Shown here one piece after another: positions 49,241 through 59,881 of a stretch of DNA of 64,000 nt. The notes beneath the pieces were generated by a model, which saw nothing but the letters and a program-made list of their open reading frames with translations, ran no database searches and was not told the DNA's origin. The position numbers were made by a program, and so were the translations under genes. Position 1 is the stretch's first letter; each line of letters opens with the position of its first letter. The stretch lies in NCBI GenBank assembly GCA_963785235.1, contig CAWAUM010000005.1, positions 1-64,000 of the forward strand, in the 5' to 3' direction. This DNA is from an uncultured delta proteobacterium (lineage in GTDB: Bacteria > Desulfobacterota > Desulfomonilia > UBA1062).

Positions 49241-50533
49241 ATGGCAAGTGAAAATCTGGAAAGCAAACGCTGGGGTATAGCCATGGCGGCTGTCGTCATG
49301 CAGGTTTGCCTCGGTACGGTCTACGCATGGTCGGTCTTCAAGAAGCCACTGATAGGTGCACATGGGTGGGGTGAGACCCAGACGCAGCTCACCTTCATGC
49401 TCTTCATGCTTGTCATTGGATGTGCGGCGGCATTCGGCGGAACTCTGGTCGACAAGAAGGGGCCGAAGTTTGTAGCTACTTTGGGCGGCATTCTCTTTGC
49501 AGCATCCACCCTGCTTTCTGGTGTGGCCGATCAGGTTGGCAGCCTGCCGCTCCTGTACCTCTCCTATGGTATCATTGGCGGTCTCGGCAATGGCTTCTGC
49601 TATGTGACACCTATTGCTACCCTCATCCGCTGGTTCCCTGACAAGCGAGGCCTGGTAACCGGTCTTGCGGTCATGGGTTTCGGTCTCGGCGCCTTCTTCA
49701 TGGGCAAGATCGCTCCGGCCATGATCATTGCATACAAGGGGGGTCTGACCGAATCAGGCGTTGCACAGACCTTCTACATATGGGGCGTGATCTTCCTGAT
49801 ACTGGTGGTCGGTGCGGCTCAGTTTTTCAAGAATCCCCCTGCCGGCTGGCTGCCCGCTGGATTCACTCCTTCCGGAAGCACCGTTTCGGCAGCTGACTCT
49901 TTAACCTTTGGCGAAGCAGTGAAGACATCCCAGTGGTGGATGCTCTGGGCAATGCTCTTCCTGAACGTGTCTGCAGGTCTGGGTCTCATTTCCCAGCTCT
50001 CACCTCTGGCTCAGGAGTACTACAAACCGCTCATCACTGACCTGGCTATTCTCAATGATCCTGAAGCCCTCTCCAAAGCCCTTGCTGTTGCAGGAGGTAC
50101 GGTGGTTTCCATCTCGGCCATTTTCAATGGCCTGGGCAGGCTCTTCTGGGCTAGGGTTTCCGACATGAAGGCCATTGGCAGACGGGGCGTATTTGGGTTT
50201 ATGTTCGCCTCTCAGGCCTTCATCTACATCCTCGTTGCCATGGGCATCCTCAGCAACTACTGGATATTCCTTATTGCGGCATGCTACCTGCTTGCCTGCT
50301 ATGGCGGAGGCTTTGCTACCATGCCCGCATTTGCTGCTGATAATTTCGGTCCGGGCTATATCGGCAAGGTCTATGGCTTCATGCTCACCGCATGGTCCGC
50401 TGCCGGAATCGTAGGTCCGCTGGCATTTGCTCAGTTCAAGGCTCAGTCGCTCTACATAGCAGCAGCTCTGCTTTGCCTCGGATTTGTTTTTGCCCTTGGC
50501 TTTAAGAAACGTGAAAGCCGCAAGACTGCTTAA
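49241..50533 (+). CDS. MFS transporter, oxalate/formate antiporter (OFA) family
   Basis: GTVYAWSVF, RWFPDKRGLVTGLAVMGFGLG, FNGLGRLFW and YGGGFATMPAF. Confidence 0.9.
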   Translation: MASENLESKRWGIAMAAVVMQVCLGTVYAWSVFKKPLIGAHGWGETQTQLTFMLFMLVIGCAAAFGGTLVDKKGPKFVATLGGILFAASTLLSGVADQVGSLPLLYLSYGIIGGLGNGFCYVTPIATLIRWFPDKRGLVTGLAVMGFGLGAFFMGKIAPAMIIAYKGGLTESGVAQTFYIWGVIFLILVVGAAQFFKNPPAGWLPAGFTPSGSTVSAADSLTFGEAVKTSQWWMLWAMLFLNVSAGLGLISQLSPLAQEYYKPLITDLAILNDPEALSKALAVAGGTVVSISAIFNGLGRLFWARVSDMKAIGRRGVFGFMFASQAFIYILVAMGILSNYWIFLIAACYLLACYGGGFATMPAFAADNFGPGYIGKVYGFMLTAWSAAGIVGPLAFAQFKAQSLYIAAALLCLGFVFALGFKKRESRKTA

Positions 50534-50564
50534 GCCTTTTTGATAAGGCGCACATACAAATTCT

Positions 50565-50602
50565 AAAACGGAAGGCGGGCATGTTCTACGCCTTCCGTTT
50601 TT
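50565..50602 (+). terminator. Intrinsic terminator
   Basis: AAAACGGAAGGCG..CGCCTTCCGTTTTT. Confidence 0.75.
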
Positions 50603-50699
50603 GTATTAATGCTGGCAGAGCCAGGAGAGAAACCACTTTACAACAGGGACGATTTCCTCCATAAACGTAAGGATAGAGAGCACCATCAAGGGGGTAGAC

Positions 50700-51347
50700 G
50701 TGGTCAGCGAGATTATCAGGGGCATCATCGAGAATAACAGTTCGTTCGTCGCTTCCCACCACGAGGCATACTTCAAGCCGCACATGGCAGCCCAGCACCC
50801 AAAGGTCACGCTGGTAGCCTGCTGCGATTCGCGGGTCCAGCATATAGCCATTGAACCTGATCCCATTGACAAGATCTTCACCATCGAAACCATCGGCAAC
50901 CAGATGGCATCAGCCCAGGGCTCAGTGGATTACGGGGTTCTGCACCTCCACACCCCGGTCCTGCTCATCATGGGTCATACGGATTGCGGCGCTATCAAGG
51001 CCTTTATGAAGGGATATGAAAAAGAGAATGATGCCATCAAATGCGAGCTCGACAATTTGAAGGCGTGTCTTGAAAACTCCGGATGTGAGATCTTTGATGA
51101 AGAGCTCATGAAGAACATCAGGAAGAACGTGGAACACCAGGTAACTTCGGCCATGAAGCGATACAAAGCCCTTATAGATGAGGGAAAGCTTACGGTTGTG
51201 GGCGCCATCTATGATTTTGTGAATGCACTGGGCAAGGGTCATGGCCGCCTTATTATCACCAGTATAAATGGCATAACTGAAATCAGTAAGATAAAAGCAC
51301 TGCCCCAGCTTGCCGGATTGGATCTGAACAGTTGTCTGATTGCCTAG
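50700..51347 (+). CDS. Beta-class carbonic anhydrase
   Basis: CCDSRV, IGNQ and GHTDCGA zinc motifs. Confidence 0.92.
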   Translation: MVSEIIRGIIENNSSFVASHHEAYFKPHMAAQHPKVTLVACCDSRVQHIAIEPDPIDKIFTIETIGNQMASAQGSVDYGVLHLHTPVLLIMGHTDCGAIKAFMKGYEKENDAIKCELDNLKACLENSGCEIFDEELMKNIRKNVEHQVTSAMKRYKALIDEGKLTVVGAIYDFVNALGKGHGRLIITSINGITEISKIKALPQLAGLDLNSCLIA

Positions 51348-51401
51348 GCAGTTACGGTCATTGTTATCAAAGTAAATTTTCAGGAGGCGTAGGATAACGC
51401 T

Positions 51402-51788
51402 GTGACACTAGCAGAGGTAAGGGATTTGCTTGAAGCGAAGATGGTTATCGGCGAAGAAAAGCTCCATATGGAAATCCACACGGCCTTTGGTGCGGATCTC
51501 ATGAGCGATGTGCTGGCCTTTGCCCGTTCCGGTTGCCTGCTTATCACCGGCCTTTCAAATGTTCAGGCTGTCAGGACCGCCTATGCCCTTGATATAGCGG
51601 CTATTGTCATTTGCAGGGGCAAGGCGCTGAATGACAAGTTCGTGGAGATTGCCAGGGAGCTTGGCATCCCCATACTGTGGACCCCGTTCATCATGTTCGA
51701 GACCTGCGGGAGATTATATCGTGAAGGCATAACAGGGTGTGTGAAAGAGATAGTCGTCGAGGACATCAGAAGTGCCCATGAAGGATAA
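51402..51788 (+). CDS. DRTGG-domain protein
   Basis: FGADLMSDVLA..ITGL..AVRTA..RGK..MFETCG. Confidence 0.88.
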   Translation: MTLAEVRDLLEAKMVIGEEKLHMEIHTAFGADLMSDVLAFARSGCLLITGLSNVQAVRTAYALDIAAIVICRGKALNDKFVEIARELGIPILWTPFIMFETCGRLYREGITGCVKEIVVEDIRSAHEG

Positions 51789-52236
51789 CGAAAAATATCT
51801 TGAGGGCAGATACGAGATCCAGGGCAGAGACTTTGTCGATGCCGGGCTTGTGTCAAGCCGGATCAAGAAGAGCCTTAAGGCAATGGGCGTAGCCGAAGAC
51901 GTTATCAGGAGGGTGGCGGTACTCACCTTCGAGGCTGAAGTGAACATCATCTCCTATGCGACCCAGGGCACTATCAGCTACTATGTCCTGCCCGATACCA
52001 TTATTATCGAGGCAATTGATGTGGGCCCGGGGATCATTGATATCGAGCAGGCCATGCAGGAAGGCTTCTCGACAGCGGATGATTCCATCCGCGAGATGGG
52101 TTTCGGGGCAGGCATGGGGCTTGCAAACATCAAGAGGTCATCGGATCTTTTCGAGATCACCTCTGAACCCGGCAAAGGCACCTGTGTAAAGTGCACTCTC
52201 ATGATAAAGGGAAGAGTACAGAGCGAGGAAACGTAA
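51772..52236 (+). CDS. Anti-sigma-factor-like Ser/Thr kinase (GHKL)
   Basis: EAEVNII, DVGPGI, GFST and GFGAGMGL motifs. Confidence 0.9.
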   Translation: MPMKDNEKYLEGRYEIQGRDFVDAGLVSSRIKKSLKAMGVAEDVIRRVAVLTFEAEVNIISYATQGTISYYVLPDTIIIEAIDVGPGIIDIEQAMQEGFSTADDSIREMGFGAGMGLANIKRSSDLFEITSEPGKGTCVKCTLMIKGRVQSEET

Positions 52237-52237
52237 A

Positions 52238-52585
52238 ATGATTACGCTGGAAAACATTTCTGAAAAGCTTTCTTTGAAGTGCAAGTGCTGCTGGGAGAAC
52301 CTTTCTCGGGAAGTCACCGGGGGTTATGCAGGTGACCTGTTGAGCGATGTCATGGCCAACAGTACTGGTGGAAATGTCTGGGTGACAAGGCAGGTGCACC
52401 AGAATATCGTGGCCGTGGCTTCCCTGAAAGAGCATGCAGCCATCATTGTGGTACAGGGGGCGACACCCGGGCAGGAGACCCTCGACAAGGCGGCCAAGGA
52501 GGGCATCCCCATCCTTGTTGCCGACATGAACGAATTCGAGGTAGTGGGCAGACTTTACCAGCTCCTGCGCCCGGAACAGGCGTGA
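52238..52585 (+). CDS. DRTGG-domain protein
   Basis: GGYAGDLLSDVMA..VWVTRQVHQNIVAVA. Confidence 0.88.
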   Translation: MITLENISEKLSLKCKCCWENLSREVTGGYAGDLLSDVMANSTGGNVWVTRQVHQNIVAVASLKEHAAIIVVQGATPGQETLDKAAKEGIPILVADMNEFEVVGRLYQLLRPEQA

Positions 52586-52615
52586 AGGTCTGCAACCTGA
52601 AACAGGCCTGAAGCC

Positions 52616-53353
52616 ATGGGTAGGGTATACCGCTGCAGCCTCCACATGCACACCTGCCTTTCACCATGCGCCGAACTGGACATGCATCCCTCATCTCTTG
52701 TGAATGAATGCATTGCCCAGGGGCTCGATATCATCGCCATCTGCGACCATAACTCATCGGAGAACGTACAGTACGTTCTCAAGGCGGCTGCCGGTACGGA
52801 CCTTGTGGTCATCCCGGGCATGGAACTGGCCACGAGCGAAGAGGTGCACATTGTCGCCCTGTTTGAGCATCTTAAGGAGCTCTATTCTTTACAGGAAGCC
52901 GTGTATGCAAAACTCTCGGGCAAGAATGACGAAGATGCCTTCGGCATCCAGGCCATTGTCAATGAGGCAGGTGAGGTGGAAGGATTCAACGAGCGCCTGC
53001 TCATCGGGGCCTCGGATATCTCATTGAACGAGGCGGTTGACCTGATACACTCGCTTAATGGGTTGGCAATAGCCTCACATATCGACAGGCAAGCCTTCGG
53101 CATTATCGGCCAGCTCGGGTTTGTTCCTCCAGATGTCCCCTTTGACGCCCTGGAAGTATCTGCAAATCTGGGAATTAGCCAGGCACGGCAACGATATCCG
53201 GAACTGAAGGGATATCAGATCATTACCTCATCAGACGCCCATTACGTAGCGGATATCGGCAAGGCATGCACACGCATGCTTCTGGAAAGCCCGACCTTAC
53301 CGGAAATCGCTCTGGCGATATCAAGGCAAATGGGCAGGTATGTCCTGGAGTAG
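52616..53353 (+). CDS. PHP-domain phosphoesterase
   Basis: LHMHTCLSPC, CDHN, EEVH, SHIDR and SSDAH motifs. Confidence 0.9.
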   Translation: MGRVYRCSLHMHTCLSPCAELDMHPSSLVNECIAQGLDIIAICDHNSSENVQYVLKAAAGTDLVVIPGMELATSEEVHIVALFEHLKELYSLQEAVYAKLSGKNDEDAFGIQAIVNEAGEVEGFNERLLIGASDISLNEAVDLIHSLNGLAIASHIDRQAFGIIGQLGFVPPDVPFDALEVSANLGISQARQRYPELKGYQIITSSDAHYVADIGKACTRMLLESPTLPEIALAISRQMGRYVLE

Positions 53354-53356
53354 ATC

Positions 53357-53899
53357 ATGCTTGAACTGGCGCTGCACGTACTCGACATAGCGGAGAACTC
53401 ATCAAGGGCCGAGGCGAGTCTTATAGAAGTTACCATCATTGAAGACCTCGAAAAGGATGTTTTCTCCCTGGAGATCAGGGACAACGGCCACGGCATGGAT
53501 GAACAGACCATGGAGAAGGCCCTTGATCCCTTTTACACCACCAAGAAAGTCAGACGCATCGGTCTGGGCCTGCCTATGCTCAAGCAGGCGGCCACTACCG
53601 CAGAAGGCAGATTCTCCCTTCAATCGATAGTGGGCAAGGGAACGGTCGTTTATGCCGAATTCAAGCACTCCCACATAGACCGGCAGCCCCTGGGTGATAT
53701 TGCAGGCGTCATTGCCATGCTTATCCTCGGGAATCCCGATATAGATATTGTATACACTCACAAGAAGAACGGGAACGTCTATACACTTGACACCCGGGAA
53801 CTCCGGGAAGGCCTCGGCGATGTGCCCCTGAACAATATGGAGGTTCTGAACCTCGTCCGGGACAACATCAGGGAAGGGATCGAGGAACTAAACGGGTAA
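53357..53899 (+). CDS. Stand-alone HATPase_c (histidine-kinase-like ATPase)
   Basis: LHVLDIAENS, DNGHGM, DPFYTTK, GLGLP and HIDRQPLGD; no HisKA or sensor domain. Confidence 0.88.
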   Translation: MLELALHVLDIAENSSRAEASLIEVTIIEDLEKDVFSLEIRDNGHGMDEQTMEKALDPFYTTKKVRRIGLGLPMLKQAATTAEGRFSLQSIVGKGTVVYAEFKHSHIDRQPLGDIAGVIAMLILGNPDIDIVYTHKKNGNVYTLDTRELREGLGDVPLNNMEVLNLVRDNIREGIEELNG

Positions 53900-54100
53900 A
53901 CGAGCATGGATCTGATTTTCCAGTGACGTAGTATGGATCTCTTTGTTGGCTATTAGAATAAATGCCATAACCGAACACTATCCACTCATTCCTTTTCTTA
54001 AGTACATTGGCAATTTGCTGCGTTTTCTGCTATCTACTTTCGTCAAATATACGATGCATTATCATATGCTCAAGAGTTGAAATTCACCGGGAGTTGGAAC

Positions 54101-57100
54101 ATGAAGAAGAAGGATACAACAAGAGAGCCTCTGCGGTTCATCACTGCAACGTCGCTTTTTGACGGGCATGACGCGTCCATCAATATCATGCGCCGGATTC
54201 TGCAGGACAGCGGGGCTGAGGTTATCCACCTGGGCCACAACAGGGGTGTCGTCGAGATCGTAAATGCTGCCGTACAGGAAGGGGCCCACGGGATTGCCGT
54301 CAGCTCCTACCAGGGCGGCCATATGGAGTTCTTCAAGTACCTCATCGACCTTCTCAAAGAGCGTGGATGCCGCTATGTGAAGGTCTTCGGAGGCGGGGGC
54401 GGGGTTATTGTACCTGAGGAGATCAGGGAGCTGGAGGCATACGGGGTCGCCAAGATCTATTCGCCTGATGACGGCAAGGCTTTGGGCCTCAAGGGTATGA
54501 TATCGCATATGATGGGAATCGCCTCAGGTGTGCAGATACCCGAGGTGGCCATGGATAATAAGGCTATCTTCGCCAAGGACCCGGTGCTTATGGGCAGGCT
54601 CATCAGCTATGCAGAGAGGGCCAGATTTTTCAAAGACAAGAGTTTTGAGCCCATGCGCGCCTATCTCAAGGGTATAAAGACCGGCAGTCCCATTGTCGGC
54701 ATCACCGGCACCGGCGGATCGGGCAAGAGCTCTATTATTGATGAGCTGCTTCGCAGGGCACTCTATCACTACCCTGATAAAACCATTGCCGTCATCTCGG
54801 TGGATCCCACGCGCTCGCGGAGCGGGGGGGCCTTGCTGGGAGACAGGATCCGTATGAACCAGATCGACGATAGCAGGGTCTACATGCGCTCCATGGCTAC
54901 CCGTGCGTCCAAGGACGAACTGTCCGAGGCCATCCATGACGCACTGGATATCGTGAAGGCTGCGGGCTATGACCTTATAATCGTAGAGACCAGCGGCATA
55001 GGCCAGGGTGATACGGCCATCACCACGGTGAGCGACTACTCGCTCTATGTCATGACCGCGGAGTTCGGCGCGCCGTCACAGCTGGAAAAGATCGACATGC
55101 TCGATTTTGCGGATATGGTGCTCATCAACAAGTTCGAACAGGAAAAGGCCCTGGATGCGCTCAAGCATGTGAGAAAACAGTTCATGCGCAATCATGATCT
55201 GTTCGAGATGGACCCGGAAAATCTGCCCATCTACGGCACAGTGGCCAGCAGGTACAGTGATGTCGGCATGGACAAGGCCTTTGCCCATCTCGCCCGCACC
55301 CTGGTGGAAAAGGGGTTCATCAACGCGCACATGCTGCCCGAATCCAAGGTGGATCAGGAAAAGGCCCACGAGGGCATCGTCCCTTCCGGAAGGCAGCTCT
55401 ATCTGAGCGAGATCGCCAAGGCCTTAAGGGGATACCATGCCCGCACCAAAGAGGTGAGCGCCAGGCTGAGGAGGCTCTATGCCATTGAAGATATCCTTCA
55501 GGACAAGGCTGACAAACCCACATCTGAGGGCTTGCGCAAGATGCTTTCCCAGGTGAAAAAAGGCATTGCCAAGGACGACCTGGAGCTTATCCATGGCTGG
55601 GAAAAACAGCATGTGAGGTATAAGTCCAAGTCTTATTCATACACGGTCCGCGACAAGAAGATCCACGTGTCGCTCACAAAGGAGTCACTGGCAGGGCTTG
55701 AGATCCCAAAGATAGCCCTGCCTGCATTCACTGACAAGGGCGACCTCTTTGCCTGGCTCAGGAAGGAGAACCTGCCGGGCTTTTTCCCCTACACCGCCGG
55801 TGTGTTCCCCTTCAAACGCGATTGGGAAGACCCCAAGAGGCAGTTCGCAGGCGAAGGCGGACCGGAAAGGACCAACAGGCGTTTCCACTATCTGTGCAGG
55901 CACGACGAGGCCAAGCGCTTGAGCACGGCCTTCGACAGTGTGACGCTCTACGGAGAAGACCCGCACGAGAAGCCCGACATCTTCGGCAAGATCGGCGAGA
56001 GCGGGGTGAGCATCTGTACGCTTTCCGACATGAAGAAGCTCTATGCAGGCTTTGACCTTCTCTCACCCACCACGAGCGTATCCATGACCATCAACGGCCC
56101 GGCCCCCATCATGACCGCCATGTTCTTCAACACGGCCATCGACCAGCAGGTCGAGGTGTTCAAGAAGGAAAAGGGCAGGGCGCCCAAGACAGAAGAGCTG
56201 GATGCCATCAGGGACCATGTGCTCAAGACAGTCCGAGGCACGGTCCAGGCCGACATCCTCAAGGAGGATCAGGGCCAGAATACCTGCATCTTCTCAACGG
56301 AATTCGCGCTGAAGATGATGGGCGACATCCAGGAGTACTTCATCGAAAAGGGCGTGGAGAACTTCTATTCCGTGAGCATCAGCGGCTACCACATCGCCGA
56401 GGCAGGGGCCAATCCCATCAGCCAGCTGGCCTTTACCCTGGCCAACGGATTCACCTACGTGGAGTACTACCTGTCGCGCGGTATGAACATAGATGATTTT
56501 GCCAAGAACTTCTCGTTCTTCTTTTCCAGCGGCATGGACCCTGAGTACAGCGTTCTCGGCAGGGTTGCCCGCAGGATCTGGGCCGTTGCCATGAGGGACC
56601 TCTACGGGGCCGACGAGTCGTCCCAGAGGCTGAAATACCATATCCAGACCTCGGGCAGGTCGCTGCACAGCATGGAGATCCAGTTCAATGACATCCGCAC
56701 CACCCTCCAGGCCCTGACCGCGCTGAACGACAACTGCAACTCGCTGCACACCAATGCCTACGACGAGGCCATAACCACGCCCACCGAGGAGTCGGTGCGC
56801 CGCGCCATGGCCATACAGATGATCATCAATCGCGAATTCGGTCTTTCCATGAACGAGAACCAGCTTCAGGGATCGTTCTTCATGGACTGGCTCACGGATG
56901 CAGTGGAGGAGGCGGTGCTCAAGGAGTTCGAACGCATCAGCGACCGCAAGGGGGTGCTGGGCGCCATGGAGACCCAGTACCAGCGCTCCAAGATCCAGGA
57001 TGAGTCGCTCTACTACGAGCACCTCAAGCATTCGGGCAAGATGCCCATTATCGGCGTGAACACCTTTGAGAACCCCAATGCCGATAGTCAGAGCGCAGGG

Positions 57101-57340
57101 AGCTGCATCCTGCTCACGCGTTCAACCTACGAAGAGAAGCAGGCCCAGCTCGACAACTGCCGGAAGTTCCAGAAGAAGCCATGCAAAGCAGGCCGATGCA
57201 GCCTTGAAAAAACTCAAGGAGACGGCACTTTCCGGCGGGAATATTTTTGCCGTTCTCATGGACACGGTGCGCGTAGCCAGTCTCGGCCAGATCTCCCATG
57301 CGCTTTACGAGGTGGGGGGAAATACCGGAGGAATATGTGA
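54101..57340 (+). CDS. icmF: Fused isobutyryl-CoA mutase / MeaI GTPase IcmF (two compensating indels in the C-terminal tail)
   Basis: [14 protein letters not shown]12-binding domain, [38 protein letters not shown] and [10 protein letters not shown]. Confidence 0.95.
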   Translation: MKKKDTTREPLRFITATSLFDGHDASINIMRRILQDSGAEVIHLGHNRGVVEIVNAAVQEGAHGIAVSSYQGGHMEFFKYLIDLLKERGCRYVKVFGGGGGVIVPEEIRELEAYGVAKIYSPDDGKALGLKGMISHMMGIASGVQIPEVAMDNKAIFAKDPVLMGRLISYAERARFFKDKSFEPMRAYLKGIKTGSPIVGITGTGGSGKSSIIDELLRRALYHYPDKTIAVISVDPTRSRSGGALLGDRIRMNQIDDSRVYMRSMATRASKDELSEAIHDALDIVKAAGYDLIIVETSGIGQGDTAITTVSDYSLYVMTAEFGAPSQLEKIDMLDFADMVLINKFEQEKALDALKHVRKQFMRNHDLFEMDPENLPIYGTVASRYSDVGMDKAFAHLARTLVEKGFINAHMLPESKVDQEKAHEGIVPSGRQLYLSEIAKALRGYHARTKEVSARLRRLYAIEDILQDKADKPTSEGLRKMLSQVKKGIAKDDLELIHGWEKQHVRYKSKSYSYTVRDKKIHVSLTKESLAGLEIPKIALPAFTDKGDLFAWLRKENLPGFFPYTAGVFPFKRDWEDPKRQFAGEGGPERTNRRFHYLCRHDEAKRLSTAFDSVTLYGEDPHEKPDIFGKIGESGVSICTLSDMKKLYAGFDLLSPTTSVSMTINGPAPIMTAMFFNTAIDQQVEVFKKEKGRAPKTEELDAIRDHVLKTVRGTVQADILKEDQGQNTCIFSTEFALKMMGDIQEYFIEKGVENFYSVSISGYHIAEAGANPISQLAFTLANGFTYVEYYLSRGMNIDDFAKNFSFFFSSGMDPEYSVLGRVARRIWAVAMRDLYGADESSQRLKYHIQTSGRSLHSMEIQFNDIRTTLQALTALNDNCNSLHTNAYDEAITTPTEESVRRAMAIQMIINREFGLSMNENQLQGSFFMDWLTDAVEEAVLKEFERISDRKGVLGAMETQYQRSKIQDESLYYEHLKHSGKMPIIGVNTFENPNADSQSAGSCILLTRSTYEEKQAQLDNCRKFQKKPCKAGRCSLEKTQGDGTFRREYFCRSHGHGARSQSRPDLPCALRGGGKYRRNM

Positions 57341-57377
57341 ATCAGGGCGAAACGGTATGCGGCTAAGGCATCTGCAG

Positions 57378-57930
57378 ATGGAAAAACTAACGGAATTATG
57401 AGACCATCGGAAAAGGTTATGTCCACATCTATACCGGTAACGGCAAGGGTAAGACCAGCGCCGCCCTTGGCCTTGCCCTGCGGGCTGCCGGCCGGGGCCT
57501 GAAGACCCATATGGTCCAGTTCATGAAGGGCCAGCAGTATGGCGAGCTCGAAGGTGTAAAGATGACTGGCGGGCTCATCACCATCGAACAGTTCGGACAC
57601 CCTACCTTTTGCAAATTTACTGAAACGCCGGATCCCAGGGATATGAAGAGGGCAAGCTCCGCCCTTGCGCGCGTACATGAGCTCATGCAGGCCCATGCCT
57701 GTGTCATCCTCATTGCTGATGAGATCATCACGGCATGCATGTTCAAGCTCCTCACTGAAGATGATATCCTTGATGTCATTCGTGCTAAACCCGAGGGCAT
57801 GGAACTCGTGCTCACCGGCAGGGGCGCCACTGAGCGGATGATTGAGGCTGCTGACCTGGTGACCGAGATGAAGGAGATCAAGCACTACTACATCAAAGGC
57901 GTCCAAGCCCGGGAGGGGATTGAAAGCTGA
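57378..57930 (+). CDS. cobO: Cob(I)alamin adenosyltransferase CobO/BtuR (5' indel)
   Basis: Manual translation [24 protein letters not shown], then VQFMKG, ADEI, VLTGR, ADLVTEM and AREGIE. Confidence 0.9.
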
Positions 57931-57962
57931 ACTTTCAGGTTAATTGAGAAGAAAAGACTTGG

Positions 57963-58015
57963 CCCGTTCAAACCGGTGATTTGCCCTTTGGGGGCAAATC
58001 ACCGGTTTGAACGGG
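57963..58015. terminator. Perfect 24-bp hairpin between convergent genes (bidirectional terminator)
   Basis: CCCGTTCAAACCGGTGATTTGCCC-TTTGG-GGGCAAATCACCGGTTTGAACGGG. Confidence 0.75.
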
Positions 58016-58035
58016 TTGATTTTTTTTAATTCTTA

Positions 58036-59290
58036 CTACAGAATCTCGATGGCCGTTGCCATGGACACACCGCCGCCGCCGCACAGGGTGGCGAGCCCGA
58101 GGGTCTTGCCGCGCTTCTTCAGTGCATGGATCAGGGTCACGATGATGCGGCACCCCGTGCTGCCCACCGGATGGCCCAGGCCGATGCCGCTCCCGTTCAC
58201 GTTGGTGATGTCGCGATTGAGGCCGAGTTCCTTCTCGCAGCCGATGTACTGGCCTGCAAAGGCCTCGTTCACCTCGATAAGCTCGAAGCTGTCAAGATTG
58301 AGATTCGGATTTCTCTTCAGGAGGTCTTTGACTGCGGGAACAGGGCTAAGACCCATGACCGAGGGGTGGCATGCCACCGCGGCCGGATGCCCGGATGCGT
58401 GCCAGCGGTTTGAGTCCGAGTTCTTTTGCCTTTTCCGCGGACATGAGGATCATGGCCGATGCGCCGTCATTGAGTCCCGAGGAATTGCCGGCCGTGACCT
58501 TGCCGATCTTTGGGATAAATGCGGGAGGCAGGGCGGCCAGATCAGCCATGGTGATGCCGGGGCGGAAATGCTCGTCTTTGTCGAAGATCATCGGCGGCTT
58601 GCCTCTTTTCTGGGGCAGCTCGACGGGCACGATCTCTTCGGCGAAATCGCCTTCCTTGGTGGCCCGTTCGGCGCCGTTGTGGCTCTTGAGCGCCACCTCG
58701 TCCATCTCCTCGCGGCTGATGTTATGCATCTGGGCGATGAACTCGGTGGTGTGGCCCATGATGTAGGGCTTGCCCTTGAACATTTCGAAGAGCGGGTAGC
58801 CGTGAATCGGGCTGTCTTCGGCCAGGGGCTGTACATAGGATCCGCAGTGGAGCGCACGGATCATGGCATCCACGAAGACCTTGTCCTGGAGCCTGCATCC
58901 CCAGCGTGCATCCGGAGAGATATACGGGACCCCGGACATGTGTTCGGCGCCGCCTGCCAGGATGATATCCGCCATACCGGCCTGGATCATGGCCATGCCG
59001 CTGAGTGCTGCCTCCATGCCCGAGATGCATACCCGGTTGATGGTCACGGCGGTCACGCTTTCAGGGATGCCTGCAAGCAGCGCTCCCACCCTTGTCATAT
59101 TCAGGGTGTCAGCCGGGTCCATGCAGCACCCGAAACGCACATCATCGATGGTGGCCGGATCTATGCCTGCACGTTTGATGGCCTCTTTCATGACAACACT
59201 TGCGAGGCGGGCAGTGATCATATCCTTAAGCGTCCCACCGAATGTGCCAATGGCTGTCCTGCACGCGGAAACAATGACTACATCCTTCAT
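58036..59290 (-). CDS. Acetyl-CoA C-acyltransferase (thiolase); indel near 58375
   Basis: NRVCISG, TAGNSSGLNDGA, NEAFA, GHPVGSTG and LCGGGG motifs. Confidence 0.93.
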
Positions 59291-59355
59291 GAGAATCCCC
59301 CTTTTATGCATAGTTGGCGCTTATCCGATGGACATGCGCATTCGATCCGCAACAT

Positions 59356-59373
59356 AATGAATAACCATTCATT
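59356..59373. promoter_or_regulatory. TetR/FadR-like operator upstream of the thiolase
   Basis: AATGAAT-AACC-ATTCATT, a perfect 7-4-7 palindrome. Confidence 0.6.
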
Positions 59374-59541
59374 TATAAAGAAAAGCAATGTGCATTGTAA
59401 AGAGGAATCGATTCGTGGATCGGTATAAATAAGTCTTAAGTTTGAAGTGTTAAGATTTAATTAGAACAGGATTTAAAACATAAAACCCAAAAATGTTCTC
59501 TTTTTATCCTACTTGCATCCGTGCTAAAGCTGAGGTATATC

Positions 59542-59868
59542 TTGAAAGTGAACCATCCGGAAACATTCACCTGTCACCGATGCGGAACGTGCTGTCTTGC
59601 CGACATGATAGCCTATGTCACCAAAGAAGATATGGATCGATGGATCAGCCAGGGCAGGTCGGACATCCTTCACATCATTGAGAATGAGCAGGCATTCTGG
59701 GCTGGAGACCATCTAGTGTCTGCCCGGGACGGCAGACCACTCATGGGCTGCCCATTCCTCACCTGGGAAAAGGGCGGATATGCGTGCGGAATATACGAGA
59801 CCAGGCCTGGTGTATGCAGAGACTACGAGCCTGCTTCTTCGCAGATCTGCCCATTATGGAAATCCTAA
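59542..59868 (+). CDS. YkgJ-family cysteine-cluster protein
   Basis: CHRCGTCC, CPFL and CGIYETRPGVCRDY motifs. Confidence 0.85.
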   Translation: MKVNHPETFTCHRCGTCCLADMIAYVTKEDMDRWISQGRSDILHIIENEQAFWAGDHLVSARDGRPLMGCPFLTWEKGGYACGIYETRPGVCRDYEPASSQICPLWKS

Positions 59869-59881
59869 AGAGTTATCAAGG

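Noticed and set aside
57066-57401. Overlapping ORF and odd C-terminus of IcmF
   Set aside because: The alternate frame encodes the conserved mutase tail ([21 protein letters not shown]); two compensating indels explain it.
57378-57401. TGA near the start of cobO as a third Sec codon
   Set aside because: The downstream cobO sequence is in a different frame, there is no SECIS-like hairpin, and no Cys is expected at this position; an indel explains it.
5671-59290. Many split genes (ACP, two SDRs, MalT-like, hydB, hydG, hydE, aspA, hydF, cobO, thiolase) as programmed frameshifts or pseudogenes
   Set aside because: The breaks are mostly single-base shifts, often at short homopolymers, spread over unrelated genes with intact catalytic motifs. 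This pattern fits long-read consensus error; read polishing would confirm.
58007-59428. Long antisense ORFs (473 aa here; also 37569-38759, 47845-48726, 17513-18547, 10196-11164)
   Set aside because: These are shadows of GC-rich coding genes on the opposite strand and have no recognisable motifs.
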